Of a stretch of 64,000 bases of DNA, positions 27,223-36,622 are shown one piece after another. The position numbers were made by a program, and so were the translations under genes. The notes below the pieces were generated by a model that was not told the origin of the DNA, did not search any database, and was given only the letters and a program-made list of their open reading frames with translations. Origin of the DNA: an uncultured virus (IMG/VR IMGVR_UViG_3300028644_000008) (Duplodnaviria; Heunggongvirae; Uroviricota; Caudoviricetes). The stretch lies in the IMG/VR virus record IMGVR_UViG_3300028644_000008, one strand, 5' to 3'. Numbering within the stretch: position 1 is the stretch's first letter; every line of letters begins with the position of its first letter.

Positions 27223-28678
27223 CGGCCGCCTCCTCGTCACCGGTGTCCACCGGCACCGCCTGCTTCTCCGGCACCACTTCCACCGCCGCGATTCCAAGTT
27301 CCTTGAGAAGGGCGATCTCCTTCGCCCGCTGCCGAACCTCAACCTCCCAGTCCCGCCCCTGCCGGGCGAACTCCACCGCCAGAGTCGTGGTGGTGTTCCG
27401 GAGCCTGGTCTCCTGGGCGTTGGCCTCCTTGGCCGGGTCCACGTGCTCGTGGCCGTCCCAGAACCACTGGTGCGACCAGTCGGTGCTAAGGATCCGCGCG
27501 CTCTGCGGCAGCAGCCCGTCGACCAGCACCGCTTCGCGGGCCCACGCCTGGAAGATGCGGTCGAGGATGGCACGGCCGATATGCGCCTGATCCACCCGAA
27601 TCGATTTGAAGTAGGTCTGGTGATCCAGGCGGCCGGAGGCGTAGTTGTAGCCCGAAGAGTTGCCGGCCGCGACGTTGAACGGCATGTTCAGGCACCGGGC
27701 GATCTCGTTCAGAATCTCATGCTTGAACTCCGCATAGGTAGTCGCCGGCTGCTCGGCGTGCAGCTGCCCCATCTTCCACCCGCCGGGCATGGTAACGAGC
27801 ATTCGCCGCTCAAGCTGGATTTGATCCATCGGTTCCACGGACTCAGCCTCGCCGTTGGCCGGCGAGTCCGTGTAGAGAATGCCGGCGAAGTCCGCAGCCG
27901 ACTCGGCCGCCGCAATAACCGCCAGGGTGTACCGGCGCAGTTGGGCGAACAGCGACAGGGCGGGCGTGATCTCCGGTACACCCCGGCTCTGGCCTGGGCG
28001 GTCGGCGCGGAAGTAGTGCAGCATGGAGCCGGCCTGGACCCGGTCGTATTGGAGCGCCAGGCCGCTCGTCAGGTCACCGGGATGCCCCTTCAACACGTGG
28101 TACTCGACCGGGTTCCCGTATGCGTCGAAAACGATACCGTCCACCGCGTTCTCAACGGAAAGCTTCATCGTCGGCGTGGTGACCTGGTCGGCCTCCACCA
28201 GCCGCAGATCCAGCTTCACCTTGTGGGCCAGCGCGGGGTTGTTGGTCAGGATGCCGAACGCCTCGCCGTCCTCCGCCCTGGACATACGCATGGTCCGGAG
28301 CTTCTCGGCCAGGTTCACCGCCGCCGCCCAGTCCGCGAACGCCCGCTCCACCGCCTGGTTCACCGCCGGGTCGGTCGCGAGCATCTGCAGCCTCGGCCCC
28401 GTACCCACCACGTCATTGGCCAGCGTCAGCACGATCCCGCGGGCGTAGCTGTTGTTGGCCACCTCGTAACGCGAACGATTACGCAGGATGCGCCGGATCT
28501 CGGGGCTCGCCGCGGCATTGGCCGAGAGGCCATCGGCGTTCGCCCAGTGGCGGATGTTGTCGGGATTGGTGGCTGCGGCATCGTACCGGCCGCGGAGCAG
28601 CTTCAGGAGCCGCCGGTCCGCCCCCCGGAGGCGCAGGGCTGGCTTGCTGGGGAGGAGAGCCTGCAGCCACCCAAACAT
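27209..28678 (-). CDS. Lambda-family portal protein
   Basis: LRNRSRYEVANN, DGE, RPGQSRG, YNYASGRLD and VDPAKEA motifs. Confidence 0.9.
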   Translation of the reverse strand: MFGWLQALLPSKPALRLRGADRRLLKLLRGRYDAAATNPDNIRHWANADGLSANAAASPEIRRILRNRSRYEVANNSYARGIVLTLANDVVGTGPRLQMLATDPAVNQAVERAFADWAAAVNLAEKLRTMRMSRAEDGEAFGILTNNPALAHKVKLDLRLVEADQVTTPTMKLSVENAVDGIVFDAYGNPVEYHVLKGHPGDLTSGLALQYDRVQAGSMLHYFRADRPGQSRGVPEITPALSLFAQLRRYTLAVIAAAESAADFAGILYTDSPANGEAESVEPMDQIQLERRMLVTMPGGWKMGQLHAEQPATTYAEFKHEILNEIARCLNMPFNVAAGNSSGYNYASGRLDHQTYFKSIRVDQAHIGRAILDRIFQAWAREAVLVDGLLPQSARILSTDWSHQWFWDGHEHVDPAKEANAQETRLRNTTTTLAVEFARQGRDWEVEVRQRAKEIALLKELGIAAVEVVPEKQAVPVDTGDEEAADAAA

Positions 28679-28875
28679 CAGTCCGCCTCCGGGGGGACCA
28701 TCTTCGTGCGACGAATACCGAGGCCGCGGGCGCGAGAGGCCTTCTTGGACTCCAGGTACCGGTCCGCCTCGATCTGCTCGGCCAGGGAGTGCTGCTCGAT
28801 CTCGCCGGAGTCGCCCTTGGCCCGCTTGGGGCTCCGGGCGTTCCGGCGGATCTCGTTTTCCAGGTTCCGAGCCAT
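28678..28875 (-). CDS. gpW-like head completion protein
   Basis: 65 aa directly upstream of the portal. Confidence 0.6.
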   Translation of the reverse strand: MARNLENEIRRNARSPKRAKGDSGEIEQHSLAEQIEADRYLESKKASRARGLGIRRTKMVPPEAD

Positions 28876-29103
28876 CGATCTGCGTCTCCGGCCTCTGCTT
28901 TCTCAGCGTGCTCAATATCAACATTACTTCCCGAGGCGACCGACCTTAAAGGATTCCGACAGGAACCAGCGGATATGTCGTATTCAGTCCTCTTGCACGA
29001 TCCGCTGTGTCTTGAATGAAGGGATATCCGCTCCATTGACACGACTGCGCCTATGCCAATAATCGCCGCCTGCTGCTACACCAGGGCAGCCAAGGAGGCT
29101 TCA

Positions 29104-29625
29104 ATGGCAAAGAAGAACATTGATGACTACGTACAGCAGCTCACCGAGGTCGGTTGGTTCGCCAACATGGCCGACAAGGAAGCGTACATCGCCGGCATGA
29201 AGGCCAAGTGGACCGAAAACAATGATGGCAAGTGTGCCAATACGTTGCCGTGGGTCTGGTTTGACTCAGAGTGTGTCGATAACGAGAGTGCGTACAAGGA
29301 TCTGATCACCGAGATCCTTGAGTCTGCCAAAGGCAATGTGCCCTTTTCGCAGGTCACCGAGGAATGGGATCAGAAGACGGAGCCGGTCAGCATCAAGATC
29401 GCGGTTACGCTGAAGAACGGCGAGACCCTATCTGCCACCTACGAATACGAGAGCGACTACCTCAACGAGGACTTCGACTCGTTCATCACCGGGGTGGTTG
29501 AGAAGGCCACCGACGGGAAGTTCACCGCGTTCTTCAAGTCGACCGGCGGGCAGGACGGGCTGGTCCTCGTCGCCGACAAGGACGCATTGACGGCCGCGAA
29601 GAAGAAGCGGTTGCTCAGCGCTTGA
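29104..29625 (+). CDS. Acidic hypothetical protein (moron; possible immunity protein)
   Basis: AAGGAGG RBS; opposite strand to phage genes; coupled to the SMI1/KNR4 gene. Confidence 0.6.
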   Translation: MAKKNIDDYVQQLTEVGWFANMADKEAYIAGMKAKWTENNDGKCANTLPWVWFDSECVDNESAYKDLITEILESAKGNVPFSQVTEEWDQKTEPVSIKIAVTLKNGETLSATYEYESDYLNEDFDSFITGVVEKATDGKFTAFFKSTGGQDGLVLVADKDALTAAKKKRLLSA

Positions 29626-30167
29626 CCGCCAGGCTAAACATGCTGACCGTAGACGAGGCAATTCAGGCCATCACCAAGTCCGAGCAGTATGTCAACTGCT
29701 CGGCCAAGTATCCCCCCGTTGGAGAAGAGATCATCCGAGATGCTGAACTGCAGCTCGGGTATCCGATCCCAGGGATTCTGAAGGCGTTGTTTACAGCCGC
29801 AGCGAATGGGGGCTTCGGTCCCGGCTACGGCATCATCGGTCTAGAGGGGGGACATCCAACCGACGAAGGCGACTCCTCTATCGGTCTCTATAACACATTC
29901 TCCGGAACCGATCCGGAAGACCCACACTGGTGTTGGCCTCGCGGCCTCCTCCCCCTTTGTCATTGGGGCTGTGCGATCTACTCGTGCGTCGACTGCACCA
30001 CGCCGGACGGCCAGATAGTGTGGTTTGACCCGAATGCTCATGAGCTTGATGATACCTGGGCGGCGGCATTTCGAAGGCAAGGTGTCGGTGTAGTCGACTT
30101 CTTTGTGCAATGGGCGCAAGGAGTGGACCACTGGAGGACGATGTACGGAACACCGGATGAGGCGTGA
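29622..30167 (+). CDS. SMI1/KNR4 (SUKH) family immunity-type protein
   Basis: PP..EE.I..AE.QLG..IP..L..NGG and WP..LLP.CHWGC...C.D pattern. Confidence 0.85.
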   Translation: MTARLNMLTVDEAIQAITKSEQYVNCSAKYPPVGEEIIRDAELQLGYPIPGILKALFTAAANGGFGPGYGIIGLEGGHPTDEGDSSIGLYNTFSGTDPEDPHWCWPRGLLPLCHWGCAIYSCVDCTTPDGQIVWFDPNAHELDDTWAAAFRRQGVGVVDFFVQWAQGVDHWRTMYGTPDEA

Positions 30168-30182
30168 GGAGGGATCTGCTCA

Positions 30183-30374
30183 GTGGGAGTAGTCCACACC
30201 GAGATAGCAGTTCTTTGCCTTGTCTCAGCGATTGCGGCGGGAATTGTTGCCGGTATCGCAGGCCCTAGAAGTACGTTCGGGATTATCACGTTCAGCATCG
30301 CCGCCTGCATGTTAGTACTGTACACAGTTGCGAATGTTGCAGAGTTCCTGAATCGCAGGAAACGCCGACACTAG
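30183..30374 (+). CDS. Small two-TM membrane protein
   Basis: GAGGAGG RBS; hydrophobic 63 aa with basic tail. Confidence 0.5.
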   Translation: MGVVHTEIAVLCLVSAIAAGIVAGIAGPRSTFGIITFSIAACMLVLYTVANVAEFLNRRKRRH

Positions 30375-30394
30375 GACGCATAGTGGTACAGAAA

Positions 30395-32668
30395 CTATCG
30401 CTTGGCTCGCTGGAGATCCGATAGTTTCATCCTCGGCCGCTCCCGCACCACCGGCCCATCCGTCCCCGGCAGCACAGCGCCCTGAACCGAGGCTGCCACG
30501 GCGGCCCCCACCAGGCAGTCGAGCCAGTGGTTTTCGACGGCCTCCGGCCGCAGCTTCCATTCGTCCACCACCCGGCCGCGTCCCTCAGTCTTGACCCGAT
30601 ACTCCGCGGTCAGGTGCTCGGCCAAAAGGCGATGCGCCTCGGGATCCCGGCCGAAGAGCGACATGCAGCCCTTGTCGCCCATGGGCACGGCCAGCCGCGC
30701 GTGGACAAAGCTTTTCCAGTAGTTCGAGTCGAAGACCACATGCCTCACCGCCCGGCGGCCTTGGACGTTCGGGATGCGCCAGTTTAGCCCGACGCGGTCG
30801 CCACGCTTCCGGCGGTACTCGATGAACGGCGTCGAGGACGCGCCCACGAACCGGCCGTGGCTGGGCAGCAGCACCGCCGCGTGCCGGCTCTGCCGGCAGA
30901 ACTGGTAGACCACGTCAGTCGAGGTGCCCCAGTTAGCGTCGATCAGGCAGCGGTCGATCCGCACCATGGCGCCGTCGTCCCGCCGCCACTCGCGCTCCAG
31001 GCACTGGCCGGTCAGGGCCTCTAGGCCGGCGTAGATCGCACCCTCGATGCCTGCCCCCTTGGCCACACTGGATAGCGTCTTCTGTGCGTCCCGGAGCGTG
31101 AAGTAGGCGCGCTTCTGGTCCGGATAGGCCCCATAGTCGAGCACGTACCCGGTGAAATCTTCCTCGAATGCAGCGACCAGCCAGAAAAGCAGCCGCCCCT
31201 GTACGTCGATGAACATGGCCAGTTGCGTGGCTCCCACCGGCACCTCGCCACGCTTCATGCCGTTGATCTTGCTGGCGATCTGGTCGGCCGTGAGCAATCC
31301 CTCGTCCTCGGCCGTCTTCTCCGGCAGCGGTTCGTTCTGGTACTCGGCCTGGAATGCGGCCTCATCCTGGAGTTTGAGGTTCATGGCGTGCTGGACAGCG
31401 GACGCCTCGTCGTGATTGAAGCGCTCCGGCCAGGCGACCTCGGCCCCCTCGTCGAGCGCCACCCGGTTGGCTTCGTAGAACGCCGTTGCCTCGCGCATGT
31501 CGCCATGGATGCGCAGGCTCTCCGCCCGGACCTCGGCATACCGGGCCCAGAGTTTCTCGTTGGTCGGGAATGCGTAGATCATCTTGGTCCGCTCCCCGTT
31601 CCACTCCGGGTGTTTCTCGCGGTCGAGGATATTGTCGGCCACGTCGCCTGGCCGGATGACGGTACACGGCATGATCCCGGAGATCTTCTTCCCGGGCCCG
31701 GCCATGCCCAGGACCGCACCGGCGATGATCCGCTCTCGCGTGGCACATTGTGATAGGCTCCGGGCCGACTCGTCCGTCTGCGGATCGTCCAGAACCACGA
31801 GGCTCGGCCGGACCGTCTTCCCGTCGGCCCGCTTGAACTTCATGCCGCGGATGCGGCCGGTGATCCCCGCGACCTTGATGATGGCGCCGGACGCCAGGCT
31901 GTCCGGGATGGTCGGCAGCACCACCTCGTTCGCCGTCCATCCGATATGCGTTCGCTCGTTCTTGTAGAGTTGGCCAGAGCAACGGTTGGCAATCCCGTCC
32001 AGACTCCGAACCGGATGGATGACTTCGGGGAAGTCGTCGGCCAGGAGATCATTGGCGTCGAGTTCCATCTTGATGCTGTCGAGCATCTCCATGGCGTGGA
32101 CCTCCGACGCCCCGATCAGGCAGACGAAGTCCCGGTGCCCAAAGAGCACCGCCCACAGGCAGGCGGCCTCGGTGATGCTGGACTTGCCGCTCCCACGCGG
32201 CAGCGCCATGGCGAATAGCCCGCCGTGCAGCACCGCCTGTTCCACCTTGGCGATAGCCTTGAGATGGTCCGGCGACCAAGGCAGGTGGAAGGTGAGCGGA
32301 AAGTAGGCCTCGCAGAAGAACCGAAACTCATTGGCCGCCCTCGCCTTCCGCTCCTCGTTCACGACGGCCGGCATTTCGCCGATGTCGCGTCCCCGCCTGG
32401 ATTCCTCCCGCGCGCGCTTGCCGGCGGCTTCCTTGTGGGCCTCGTACCCGGCTGCCTGGTCGACCACGGGCTTCGGCCCGTGGCGAAGGTCGGCCAGCCA
32501 CGCCGCGTATCGGTACAGGTCAAGTTCGCGCCCCTGGCCGATCCGGAAACCCGCCTTCATCCGGTGCCGGTAGAAGGTGCGTTCGTCCAGCACGGCGCCC
32601 AGGGGCGTCGAGTTGACCAGGCGCACCAGGTCGCTGGGCTTCAACTTCCGCGGGTCAAGCGCGGGCAT
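30395..32668 (-). CDS. terL: Terminase large subunit with N-terminal TerS-like module
   Basis: Walker A PRGSGKS, Walker B VVLDD, GpA-type nuclease FIDVQ..NHWLDC. Confidence 0.9.
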   Translation of the reverse strand: MPALDPRKLKPSDLVRLVNSTPLGAVLDERTFYRHRMKAGFRIGQGRELDLYRYAAWLADLRHGPKPVVDQAAGYEAHKEAAGKRAREESRRGRDIGEMPAVVNEERKARAANEFRFFCEAYFPLTFHLPWSPDHLKAIAKVEQAVLHGGLFAMALPRGSGKSSITEAACLWAVLFGHRDFVCLIGASEVHAMEMLDSIKMELDANDLLADDFPEVIHPVRSLDGIANRCSGQLYKNERTHIGWTANEVVLPTIPDSLASGAIIKVAGITGRIRGMKFKRADGKTVRPSLVVLDDPQTDESARSLSQCATRERIIAGAVLGMAGPGKKISGIMPCTVIRPGDVADNILDREKHPEWNGERTKMIYAFPTNEKLWARYAEVRAESLRIHGDMREATAFYEANRVALDEGAEVAWPERFNHDEASAVQHAMNLKLQDEAAFQAEYQNEPLPEKTAEDEGLLTADQIASKINGMKRGEVPVGATQLAMFIDVQGRLLFWLVAAFEEDFTGYVLDYGAYPDQKRAYFTLRDAQKTLSSVAKGAGIEGAIYAGLEALTGQCLEREWRRDDGAMVRIDRCLIDANWGTSTDVVYQFCRQSRHAAVLLPSHGRFVGASSTPFIEYRRKRGDRVGLNWRIPNVQGRRAVRHVVFDSNYWKSFVHARLAVPMGDKGCMSLFGRDPEAHRLLAEHLTAEYRVKTEGRGRVVDEWKLRPEAVENHWLDCLVGAAVAASVQGAVLPGTDGPVVRERPRMKLSDLQRAKR

Positions 32669-32876
32669 GTTCCGCCTCCCGGGCAAGCCAGGCAACGTAC
32701 ATGGGCAGGTTAATCGTCCCATCCGGGTTAGTCGGCGCGCCCGCCGCAATGTCGGCCTTTACGGCCTCTTCCGAAATGTGGCGCGACCCCACCGAACGCA
32801 AAACGGCGACGACATCGGCGACTGCCAAACATGTCGGCGTAAGCGCCGCATTATGGCCGGTTACGGGCATGCGCAA
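32655..32876 (-). CDS. Small wHTH protein (terminase small subunit candidate)
   Basis: GAPTNPDGTINL..YVAWL resembles the lambda Nu1 DNA-binding domain; overlaps the terL start. Confidence 0.55.
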   Translation of the reverse strand: MRMPVTGHNAALTPTCLAVADVVAVLRSVGSRHISEEAVKADIAAGAPTNPDGTINLPMYVAWLAREAEHARA

Positions 32877-32986
32877 TCCTCCAGATTAATCGCCAATTTG
32901 AGTTGATGTGTCGGCCGAATCCCGGTAATGATGTAAGTAGAAATACCAAGAGCGCATTGGGCGCCGGAACGGAACGGAGAACGAAA

Positions 32987-33187
32987 ATGACGAACGCCGA
33001 GATGAGAAAGATGCACCGCGAATTCACCCGCCGGCTGAACCGGCAACTGCGGAAGGTGATCGGCCGGCTGGGCTACAACCGCCTCCGCATGGTCTACGCA
33101 TACGACCTGGCCAATTGGGAAACCCGCCGCCTGGTTCGGGCTGAGATCCGCCGGCGCGGCTACAAGACCACCGCCTTCGAGAACTGA
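32987..33187 (+). CDS. Small basic hypothetical protein
   Basis: GGAG RBS; first gene of the plus-strand cluster. Confidence 0.55.
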   Translation: MTNAEMRKMHREFTRRLNRQLRKVIGRLGYNRLRMVYAYDLANWETRRLVRAEIRRRGYKTTAFEN

Positions 33188-33199
33188 AAGGAGAAGACC

Positions 33200-33448
33200 A
33201 TGGCTACCAAGACCAAGAAGACCGCGGCGCAGACCTACGAGGAACGGGCCCAGGACATCGGCGCCCTGCTCGGCTGGCTCCAAGACGAGCTCGAGGTCCA
33301 CGAGGAGAAAGCCAAGGCCGAGCCCCGGAACTGGGGCTACGCCGGGGACCTGGCCGAGGTCCGGATGCGCCTGGTTGACGCCCTGACCTTCCTCTCCGGC
33401 AACGACGACAAGGCCATCGCTGAAGCGCTGGCCGACCTTCGGAACTGA
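33200..33448 (+). CDS. Small helical hypothetical protein
   Basis: AAGGAG RBS; NWGYAGDL motif. Confidence 0.7.
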   Translation: MATKTKKTAAQTYEERAQDIGALLGWLQDELEVHEEKAKAEPRNWGYAGDLAEVRMRLVDALTFLSGNDDKAIAEALADLRN

Positions 33449-33460
33449 AAGGCACCGACC

Positions 33461-33838
33461 ATGAAGACCGCCAAGAACAATCAGGCTATCCCGCGGTTCA
33501 CCCACCTCAGCCGGGCCTGGTACGGCCCGGCTAACCTTCCGGCCCTCCGGAAGGACGGCATCGTCGACCAGGTGACCTTCGGCCTCTACTTCGCCGACGG
33601 CGGCTGCGACGCCGAGATGTGCATGAGCTGGCACTGGCTGGTTGGCAACGAAGCCGGCGTCGCGCGGATCGAGGCCTTCGCCGACAGCTTCGCGCTCTTC
33701 GCCCGGCCGGAACTCAAACGCGTGTTCGGCCGGCTGGCCCGGCTCGCCAAGGACGCCGCCGACCGAATGGCGCCCGCCGGCTTCTGCGCGCTCCTGGCGG
33801 AGTGCGGATTCGAAGACGCTACCCCGGTCCGACGGTAG
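33461..33838 (+). CDS. Hypothetical protein
   Basis: RBS and GC3-biased codons. Confidence 0.65.
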   Translation: MKTAKNNQAIPRFTHLSRAWYGPANLPALRKDGIVDQVTFGLYFADGGCDAEMCMSWHWLVGNEAGVARIEAFADSFALFARPELKRVFGRLARLAKDAADRMAPAGFCALLAECGFEDATPVRR

Positions 33839-33850
33839 GAGGAGAACGCC

Positions 33851-34234
33851 ATGAAGATTCTGGTAGCCACCACCAAGACCCAAGGCGCCCGTAAGAACGA
33901 CTTCTGCTTCGTACCCGAGGCCGAACCGGTGATGTTCGGTTTCGAGTGCGACAACGAACCCATCGACGGCGGCTGCGGCTGCCGCCGGGCGATGGTCGGC
34001 ATCGGTTGCCTCAAGGCCACCACCACGGTGGCCGTGGCAGAGACGCCGATGGACCGCGACGGGCTCATCGCCGCCTTCGTCGAATCCAGCAAACGGTCCG
34101 GCTTCAACTTCACCGCCGCCGAAGTCGCGCCCATGGCCGACGACCTGCTGCGCATCGCCGGCCGGTTCCCGGCCGGCACGGTCCTGGAACGCCGGGGCGA
34201 TGCATTCCGCGCCCGGCCGGTTGGTAAGGAGTAA
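33851..34234 (+). CDS. Conserved-looking Cys-containing hypothetical protein
   Basis: MKILVAT..TQG.R.NDF..CD..GCGCRR; AGGAGG RBS. Confidence 0.7.
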   Translation: MKILVATTKTQGARKNDFCFVPEAEPVMFGFECDNEPIDGGCGCRRAMVGIGCLKATTTVAVAETPMDRDGLIAAFVESSKRSGFNFTAAEVAPMADDLLRIAGRFPAGTVLERRGDAFRARPVGKE

Positions 34235-34240
34235 GGCACC

Positions 34241-34534
34241 ATGGAACTGCGCACCTTCAGCAGAACGGATTGGCACGGGTTCGCGGGCGCCGAGCGCTGG
34301 TCGGACTCCGATCCGCTCATCGCCGATGGCATGTTCGCCAACGGCATGGGCTGGGTCCTGGTCCTCGATATCAACGGTGCCTGCCTGGTTTGCGACGATT
34401 CTCAAGCGGCGTACGGGGGCTATGCCTTGAACCGCCGGTTCCTCTCGGTCGCCGATGCACGCGCTTTCGCGGCGACCCTGGGCGAGCCCAAGACCCGGGG
34501 CGAATTCTTCATTGCCGGCTTCCAGCCGGTCTAG
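34241..34534 (+). CDS. Hypothetical protein
   Basis: AAGGAG RBS; packed in the cluster. Confidence 0.6.
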   Translation: MELRTFSRTDWHGFAGAERWSDSDPLIADGMFANGMGWVLVLDINGACLVCDDSQAAYGGYALNRRFLSVADARAFAATLGEPKTRGEFFIAGFQPV

Positions 34535-34594
34535 CGAACCACATGAACTGAACCGCGGCGTGTCGCCGCGGACGAGAACGGAAGGAGACGTACC

Positions 34595-34951
34595 ATGTCG
34601 AGCAGCAAGAAGACCACCACCAAGGCCAAGGGCGGCGACAAGAGCAAGAAGGCCAAGGGAGTGACCACCAAGGAACTGGAGGGCGCGCTTGAGAACGCGC
34701 TCGACAAGGCCGCCACCGGCGATGGCAAGCTCTCGGGCCTGGACGCCGCCGCCAAGGTGCTTGCCGAGGCCGGTGAGCCCATGAACGCTAAGGCTATAGT
34801 CGAGACGATGCTGGCCAAGGGACTCTGGAAGACTGACGGAAAGACACCGGCGGCCACCATCTACTCGGCCATGTTTCGCGAGGTCAAGGCCAAGGGGAAC
34901 GCCAGCCGGTTCCGCGTGGTCGAGCGTGGGAAGTTCACCGTCGCCAAGTAG
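34595..34951 (+). CDS. HARE-HTH (HB1/ASXL-type) winged-helix protein
   Basis: [32 protein letters not shown]. Confidence 0.8.
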   Translation: MSSSKKTTTKAKGGDKSKKAKGVTTKELEGALENALDKAATGDGKLSGLDAAAKVLAEAGEPMNAKAIVETMLAKGLWKTDGKTPAATIYSAMFREVKAKGNASRFRVVERGKFTVAK

Positions 34952-34954
34952 CAT

Positions 34955-36313
34955 CTACCCGACCTCCCCAACACCCACCCCGGCCGCAACGGTCGGGGTG
35001 GTCTCAGTCACGGCGATCCGCTCGGCCTTCTTGCCGGTGAACTCCTCCCAGCGCTTCACAATCACGTCGCAGTACAGTTCATCGATCTCCACCAAGAATG
35101 CCTTCCGCCCCGTCTTCTCTGCGGCGATAAGGGTGCTCCCCGATCCCCCGAACAGGTCGAGGACGTTCTGCCCGGGCAGCGACGAGTACTGCATGGCCCG
35201 TTCGGCCAGTTCCACCGGCTTCTCGGTCAGGTGAATCATTGACTGGGGGTTGACCTTCTTCACCGCCCAGATGTCGGGGACGTTGTTGGGCCCGTAGAAC
35301 TTGTGGCCGGCGCCCTCCCGCCAGCCGTAGAAGCAGATCTCGTGCGCCCCCATGAAATCCTTGCGGGTCAGCACCGGATGGAGCTTGTTCCACACAACGC
35401 ACTGGCTGAAGTACAGTTCGCACTTAGCCAGCGGCGCTGGGTAGTTGCCGATGTTGGCGTAGCCGCCCCAGATGTAGTACGACCCGCCGGGCTTCAGCAC
35501 CCGCGCGGCATTGCCGAACCAGGCCAGCAGCATCCGCTGGAAGTCCTCGTCCGACACGAAGTCGTTCTCCAGCGGCCGGTCCTTGGCCCGCAGCTTCGCA
35601 TGCGTCGGGTTGGCCGATCCGGGGTTGCGGTGGACGTCCCGACCCGGGTCGGTGTTGCCGTAGGCCACGAAGGAGCTGAGCCCGGCCGCGATGGCGTTGT
35701 TTGAGCGCGGCTCGACCTTGACGTTGTAGGGCGGGTCCATGTTGACGAGGTCGATGACCGCGCCGGCCAAGAGCCGGTCCACGTCCTCGGCCTTGCTGCT
35801 GTCGCCGCAGAGCAGCCGGTGGTCGCCCAGCACCCACAGGTCGCCCGGCCGGGTCACCGCCTCGTCCGGCGGATCGGGGATCGCGTCCGGATCGGTCAGC
35901 CCTTCAGTGCCGTGGATGCCGGCACCGAGCAGCTTTTCCAGCTCCTCCGGCGCGAACCCCAGCATGCCGAGGTCCACATCCATGCCGCGCAGTTCGGACA
36001 ACTCGATGGGCAGGAGGTCGAGATCCCACTCGGCCAGTTCGGCCAGCTTGTTGTCGGCCAGGCGGTAGGCCTTGACCTTCTCCGGCGGCAGGTCGACCGC
36101 CACGTGGACCGGCACCTCCGCCAGCCCCAGCTTCTGCGCCGCCTTCCACCGCGTATGCCCTACGATGATGACGCCCGCCTCGTCCACCACAATTGGTTGG
36201 CGGAAGCCGTACTCCTGGATGGACCGGGCCACGGCATCGACCGCCTGGTCGTTCACCCGGGGGTTCTTCTCGTAGGGCTTGATCTGGGACAGCTGACGCA
36301 TTTCGATCTTCAC
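34955..36313 (-). CDS. ParB-N domain / DNA methyltransferase fusion
   Basis: PYEKNPR..GHTR ParB; MDPPY; HLTEKP; LDLFGGSGST. Confidence 0.9.
   Translation of the reverse strand: MKIEMRQLSQIKPYEKNPRVNDQAVDAVARSIQEYGFRQPIVVDEAGVIIVGHTRWKAAQKLGLAEVPVHVAVDLPPEKVKAYRLADNKLAELAEWDLDLLPIELSELRGMDVDLGMLGFAPEELEKLLGAGIHGTEGLTDPDAIPDPPDEAVTRPGDLWVLGDHRLLCGDSSKAEDVDRLLAGAVIDLVNMDPPYNVKVEPRSNNAIAAGLSSFVAYGNTDPGRDVHRNPGSANPTHAKLRAKDRPLENDFVSDEDFQRMLLAWFGNAARVLKPGGSYYIWGGYANIGNYPAPLAKCELYFSQCVVWNKLHPVLTRKDFMGAHEICFYGWREGAGHKFYGPNNVPDIWAVKKVNPQSMIHLTEKPVELAERAMQYSSLPGQNVLDLFGGSGSTLIAAEKTGRKAFLVEIDELYCDVIVKRWEEFTGKKAERIAVTETTPTVAAGVGVGEVG
34975..35001. terminator. Hairpin at the convergent junction
   Basis: CCACCCCGGCCG-CAA-CGGTCGGGGTGG, 12-bp stem with one G-U pair. 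Confidence 0.5.
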
Positions 36314-36591
36314 GCTGCACCTCCCTTGGCCGCCTTGTCCTCGCGGGCGATGAGAAGCAGGACCAGGTAGCCGACCAGGTCAAGCACGGGGTCCTCGCCA
36401 AACGCGGTGGGGTTGTTGCGGATGCGGCTGAGCTTGTCGTCGAGCCGCACGCGAATGAGGGCCTCGGGATCTCCCTGCGCGAAGACCCGCACGGGCTCCA
36501 GCGCCGAGTTGCCGTAGGCCTTGTTCTTCGAGACCAGCATGTCGCTGATCTCCTGGCATTTCGCCCGAATCCGTTCCGCCGTACCTGCCAT
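36310..36591 (-). CDS. Nucleotide-modification-associated (DUF1599-like) protein
   Basis: KNKAYGNS..RLDDKLSR..D..LDLVGY motif. Confidence 0.7.
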   Translation of the reverse strand: MAGTAERIRAKCQEISDMLVSKNKAYGNSALEPVRVFAQGDPEALIRVRLDDKLSRIRNNPTAFGEDPVLDLVGYLVLLLIAREDKAAKGGAA

Positions 36592-36622
36592 GTTGCTGCC
36601 TCCTTCGTTCAAAGTGCCCACG

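Noticed and set aside
24232..27306. 1024-aa plus-strand ORF (similarly 17238-19121, 42763-44937, 52083-55211 and minus-strand 32861-34954)
   Set aside because: Antisense shadows of real high-GC3 genes; no motifs, implausible composition
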